Shown piece by piece: positions 47,329 through 48,890 of a stretch of 48,890 nt of DNA. Location: positions 1 through 48,890 of the forward strand of contig JBHLPR010000012.1 in the NCBI GenBank assembly GCA_048939245.1, read 5' to 3'. Positions within the stretch are counted from its first letter, which is position 1. Each line of letters begins with the position of its first letter. The notes below the pieces were generated by a model, which saw nothing but the letters and a program-made list of their open reading frames with translations, was not told the origin of the DNA and did no database searches. A program made the translations under genes and the position numbers. The DNA comes from Promethearchaeota archaeon. Its GTDB lineage: Archaea; Asgardarchaeota; Hermodarchaeia; Hermodarchaeales; Hermodarchaeaceae.

Positions 47329-48063
47329 TTATTTCGCATCTTTTTTCGGTGCTGCGTCTTTCTTGTCTTTGGCTGAAGGTTCCTTGGGTGTTTCTTCACC
47401 TTCTACTTCCTCTGAAATATCTTCGTCCTCATCTTCGTCAATTTCTTCGGTGAGTTCAATCTCTTTGATATCACGGACCTTTGGAATCTTGACTTCAATT
47501 TTTTCTTTTGGAGCAGGTTCTGGAGCTTCTGGCTTCGGGGGAGCAACTTCGCCCTTCGGGATTTCCGGATGTAAGGGGCTTCTATATGGGCTTTTAGGAG
47601 CATATTTGAGGTTTTTTTCGTGGTCTCTGTAAAGAAGCATGCCTGGAGAGGTTACACGATGATCATCAAGAACGATGTGGCCATGAACAATTAGTTGGCG
47701 AGCATGATGCATTGTCTTTGCCAAGCCTTGACGTAGTACCTGTGTTTGCAAGCGCCGTTCAAGTACATCACGAATTGTCAGATTCAAAATATCATCTAAT
47801 TGTGAATCCTTGTTAATGAGAGCTAACCGGCTGAGCCGACCAAGTAGTTGACCTTCTTGCACTATACGTTCTTCAATGGGTAGTGCGACAAGATCTCGTG
47901 CTGTGCTACGGAATTGTGTAAGTTGTGTTCGATGTTTCCATAGTTCACGTTTATTTCGAAGACCGTATTCACCCACGTAGATCAGTTCTTCTGCAAGTCG
48001 GGTCTTCTGCCAGGGGTGTCCAGGTGCAAAGTATTTTTTCTTTGGTTTTCGTATTCCGCCCAT
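47329..48063 (-). CDS. rps4: 30S ribosomal protein S4 with acidic C-terminal extension
   Basis: YGLRNKRELW, LERRLQT, ARQLIVHGH. Confidence 0.96.
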   Translation of the reverse strand: MGGIRKPKKKYFAPGHPWQKTRLAEELIYVGEYGLRNKRELWKHRTQLTQFRSTARDLVALPIEERIVQEGQLLGRLSRLALINKDSQLDDILNLTIRDVLERRLQTQVLRQGLAKTMHHARQLIVHGHIVLDDHRVTSPGMLLYRDHEKNLKYAPKSPYRSPLHPEIPKGEVAPPKPEAPEPAPKEKIEVKIPKVRDIKEIELTEEIDEDEDEDISEEVEGEETPKEPSAKDKKDAAPKKDAK

Positions 48064-48068
48064 TTTTT

Positions 48069-48533
48069 TCACCTAGGGGTAGCTGGTCGGCGCTTTCTGG
48101 TGACACCAACTGTTCTTCCTCGTCGACCCGTACAGCGAGTTCGTTGTCCTCGGACTTTTAATCCAAGCCCATGGCGTATCCCTTTCCAGCTCTTTGTTTT
48201 CATCATATGGTCAATGTCCATTTTGAGTTGAAAATCAAGGTCTGCACCGGTGAAGTGCTTGTTTTCTCCACTTTTCATATCCTTCTGTCGGTTTAGCATC
48301 CAATGAGGAATACCAAATTTGGAAGGTGATTCGAGTATTTCCTCGATTTTTGTGACGTCTTCGTCAGTGATGAAGCCTGCGCGCTGTTCAGGATTAAGTC
48401 CTGCGGCTTCAGCGATAGCCCGGGCTAAACGGCATCCAACCCCTTTCACAGCACTCAGGGCCATGTCCAGTTTTTGACTGCCGTCCAGATCGGTTCGAGC
48501 AACTCGGATTATGTATCGATATGAAGATGACAA
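48069..48533 (-). CDS. rps13: 30S ribosomal protein S13
   Basis: KGVG, WMLNRQKD, GIRH..GLKVRGQRT; TTG start. Confidence 0.97.
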   Translation of the reverse strand: MSSSYRYIIRVARTDLDGSQKLDMALSAVKGVGCRLARAIAEAAGLNPEQRAGFITDEDVTKIEEILESPSKFGIPHWMLNRQKDMKSGENKHFTGADLDFQLKMDIDHMMKTKSWKGIRHGLGLKVRGQRTRCTGRRGRTVGVTRKRRPATPR

Positions 48534-48695
48534 ATTAGCACCTCAAGTAGCGCTAGCTCTGAGCTATCGCAATCGAAATACAGAACCGCTTTTAAATGTG
48601 TTGCCAAAGTCCGAATCCAATTACGACTTTTTTACCTTGGAGAAAGGCGAGTGCATCTAAATGTTTAAAGGGCATGTATTGGAAGGAAACGGCGA

Positions 48696-48807
48696 GCCGC
48701 GGTAGCCAAGTGGTTTACGGCGCAGGCCTGGAAATTACACACAGGAAGTAAACCGTATAGCCTGTGACCCTCGGGTCGCACGGGTTCGAATCCCGTCCGC
48801 GGCGCCA
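48696..48807 (+). tRNA. tRNA-Ser(GGA) with 25-nt intron at 37/38 (48734-48758)
   Basis: Acceptor GCCGCGG/CCGCGGC+G+CCA; anticodon stem CAGGC/GCCTG with CT-GGA-A; long variable arm GACCCTCGGGTC; GGTTCGAATCC; TTTAAA ~30 nt upstream. Confidence 0.93.
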
Positions 48808-48836
48808 TTATTTTTCTTAATTTGGTGTAGATGTTG

Positions 48837-48890
48837 TTAGGCGCGTTTTCGCCGCCAGGAGGACGGATAGGTCCCTGCAGCTAATACGAC
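48837..48890 (-). CDS. 3' end of probable Cbf5/TruB pseudouridine synthase (partial)
   Basis: VVLAAGTYPSSWRRKRA* resembles the Cbf5 C-terminal GTYPxxW; cbf5 often lies near tRNA-Ser/rps13 in archaea. Only 17 codons visible. Confidence 0.5.
   Translation of the reverse strand, partial: VVLAAGTYPSSWRRKRA

Noticed and set aside
45487-47632. Long Phe-rich plus-strand ORFs (45487-46107, 46674-47183, 47084-47632)
   Set aside because: Antisense artefacts of Lys/Glu-rich coding sequence
48841-48890. Start of a structured RNA at the right edge
   Set aside because: Too short to judge; better explained as the 3' end of a minus-strand CDS
1-48890. Mobile elements, inteins, programmed frameshifts, Sec/Pyl recoding
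   Set aside because: No transposase or integrase; the conserved proteins examined (aIF5B, Kae1, radical SAM) look uninterrupted and full length at their stops

Overview
Archaeal core-genome window (probably an Asgard archaeon; this is inferred from a longin/roadblock-like membrane protein and the gene content, not proven). It is dominated by informational operons on the minus strand. These include the S13-S4-S11-RpoD-L18e-L13-S9-RpoN-S2 cluster, L7Ae-S28e-L24e-(ndk)-aIF5B-S6e-aIF2gamma-PIN-RpoE1-Spt4-DPCK-S24e-S27ae-Kae1-Bud32-ITPase-S15-RecJ-like-S3ae, and the exosome/proteasome/RNase P superoperon. It also holds an archaeal-type mevalonate block (mvk, UbiD-family decarboxylase, two aconitase X subunits, IDI-2), the full t6A set (Sua5/TsaC plus KEOPS) and an ECF module. 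Features missing from the ORF track are a 696-codon membrane protein running off the left edge, an intron-containing tRNA-Ser(GGA), a box C/D sRNA, a K-turn over the rpl7ae ribosome-binding site and the 3' end of a probable cbf5. The most notable observations are an apparent ATC start codon for rpoE1, long Lys-rich or charged low-complexity tails on RpoD, Rrp41 and several ribosomal proteins, a trypanosomatid-like mevalonate kinase, an inverted and extended ndk, and a nucleotidyltransferase / CDP-alcohol phosphotransferase / ComB-like phosphatase triad. No mobile element or CRISPR array was seen. Several starts were moved from the ORF track to codons with a Shine-Dalgarno site.
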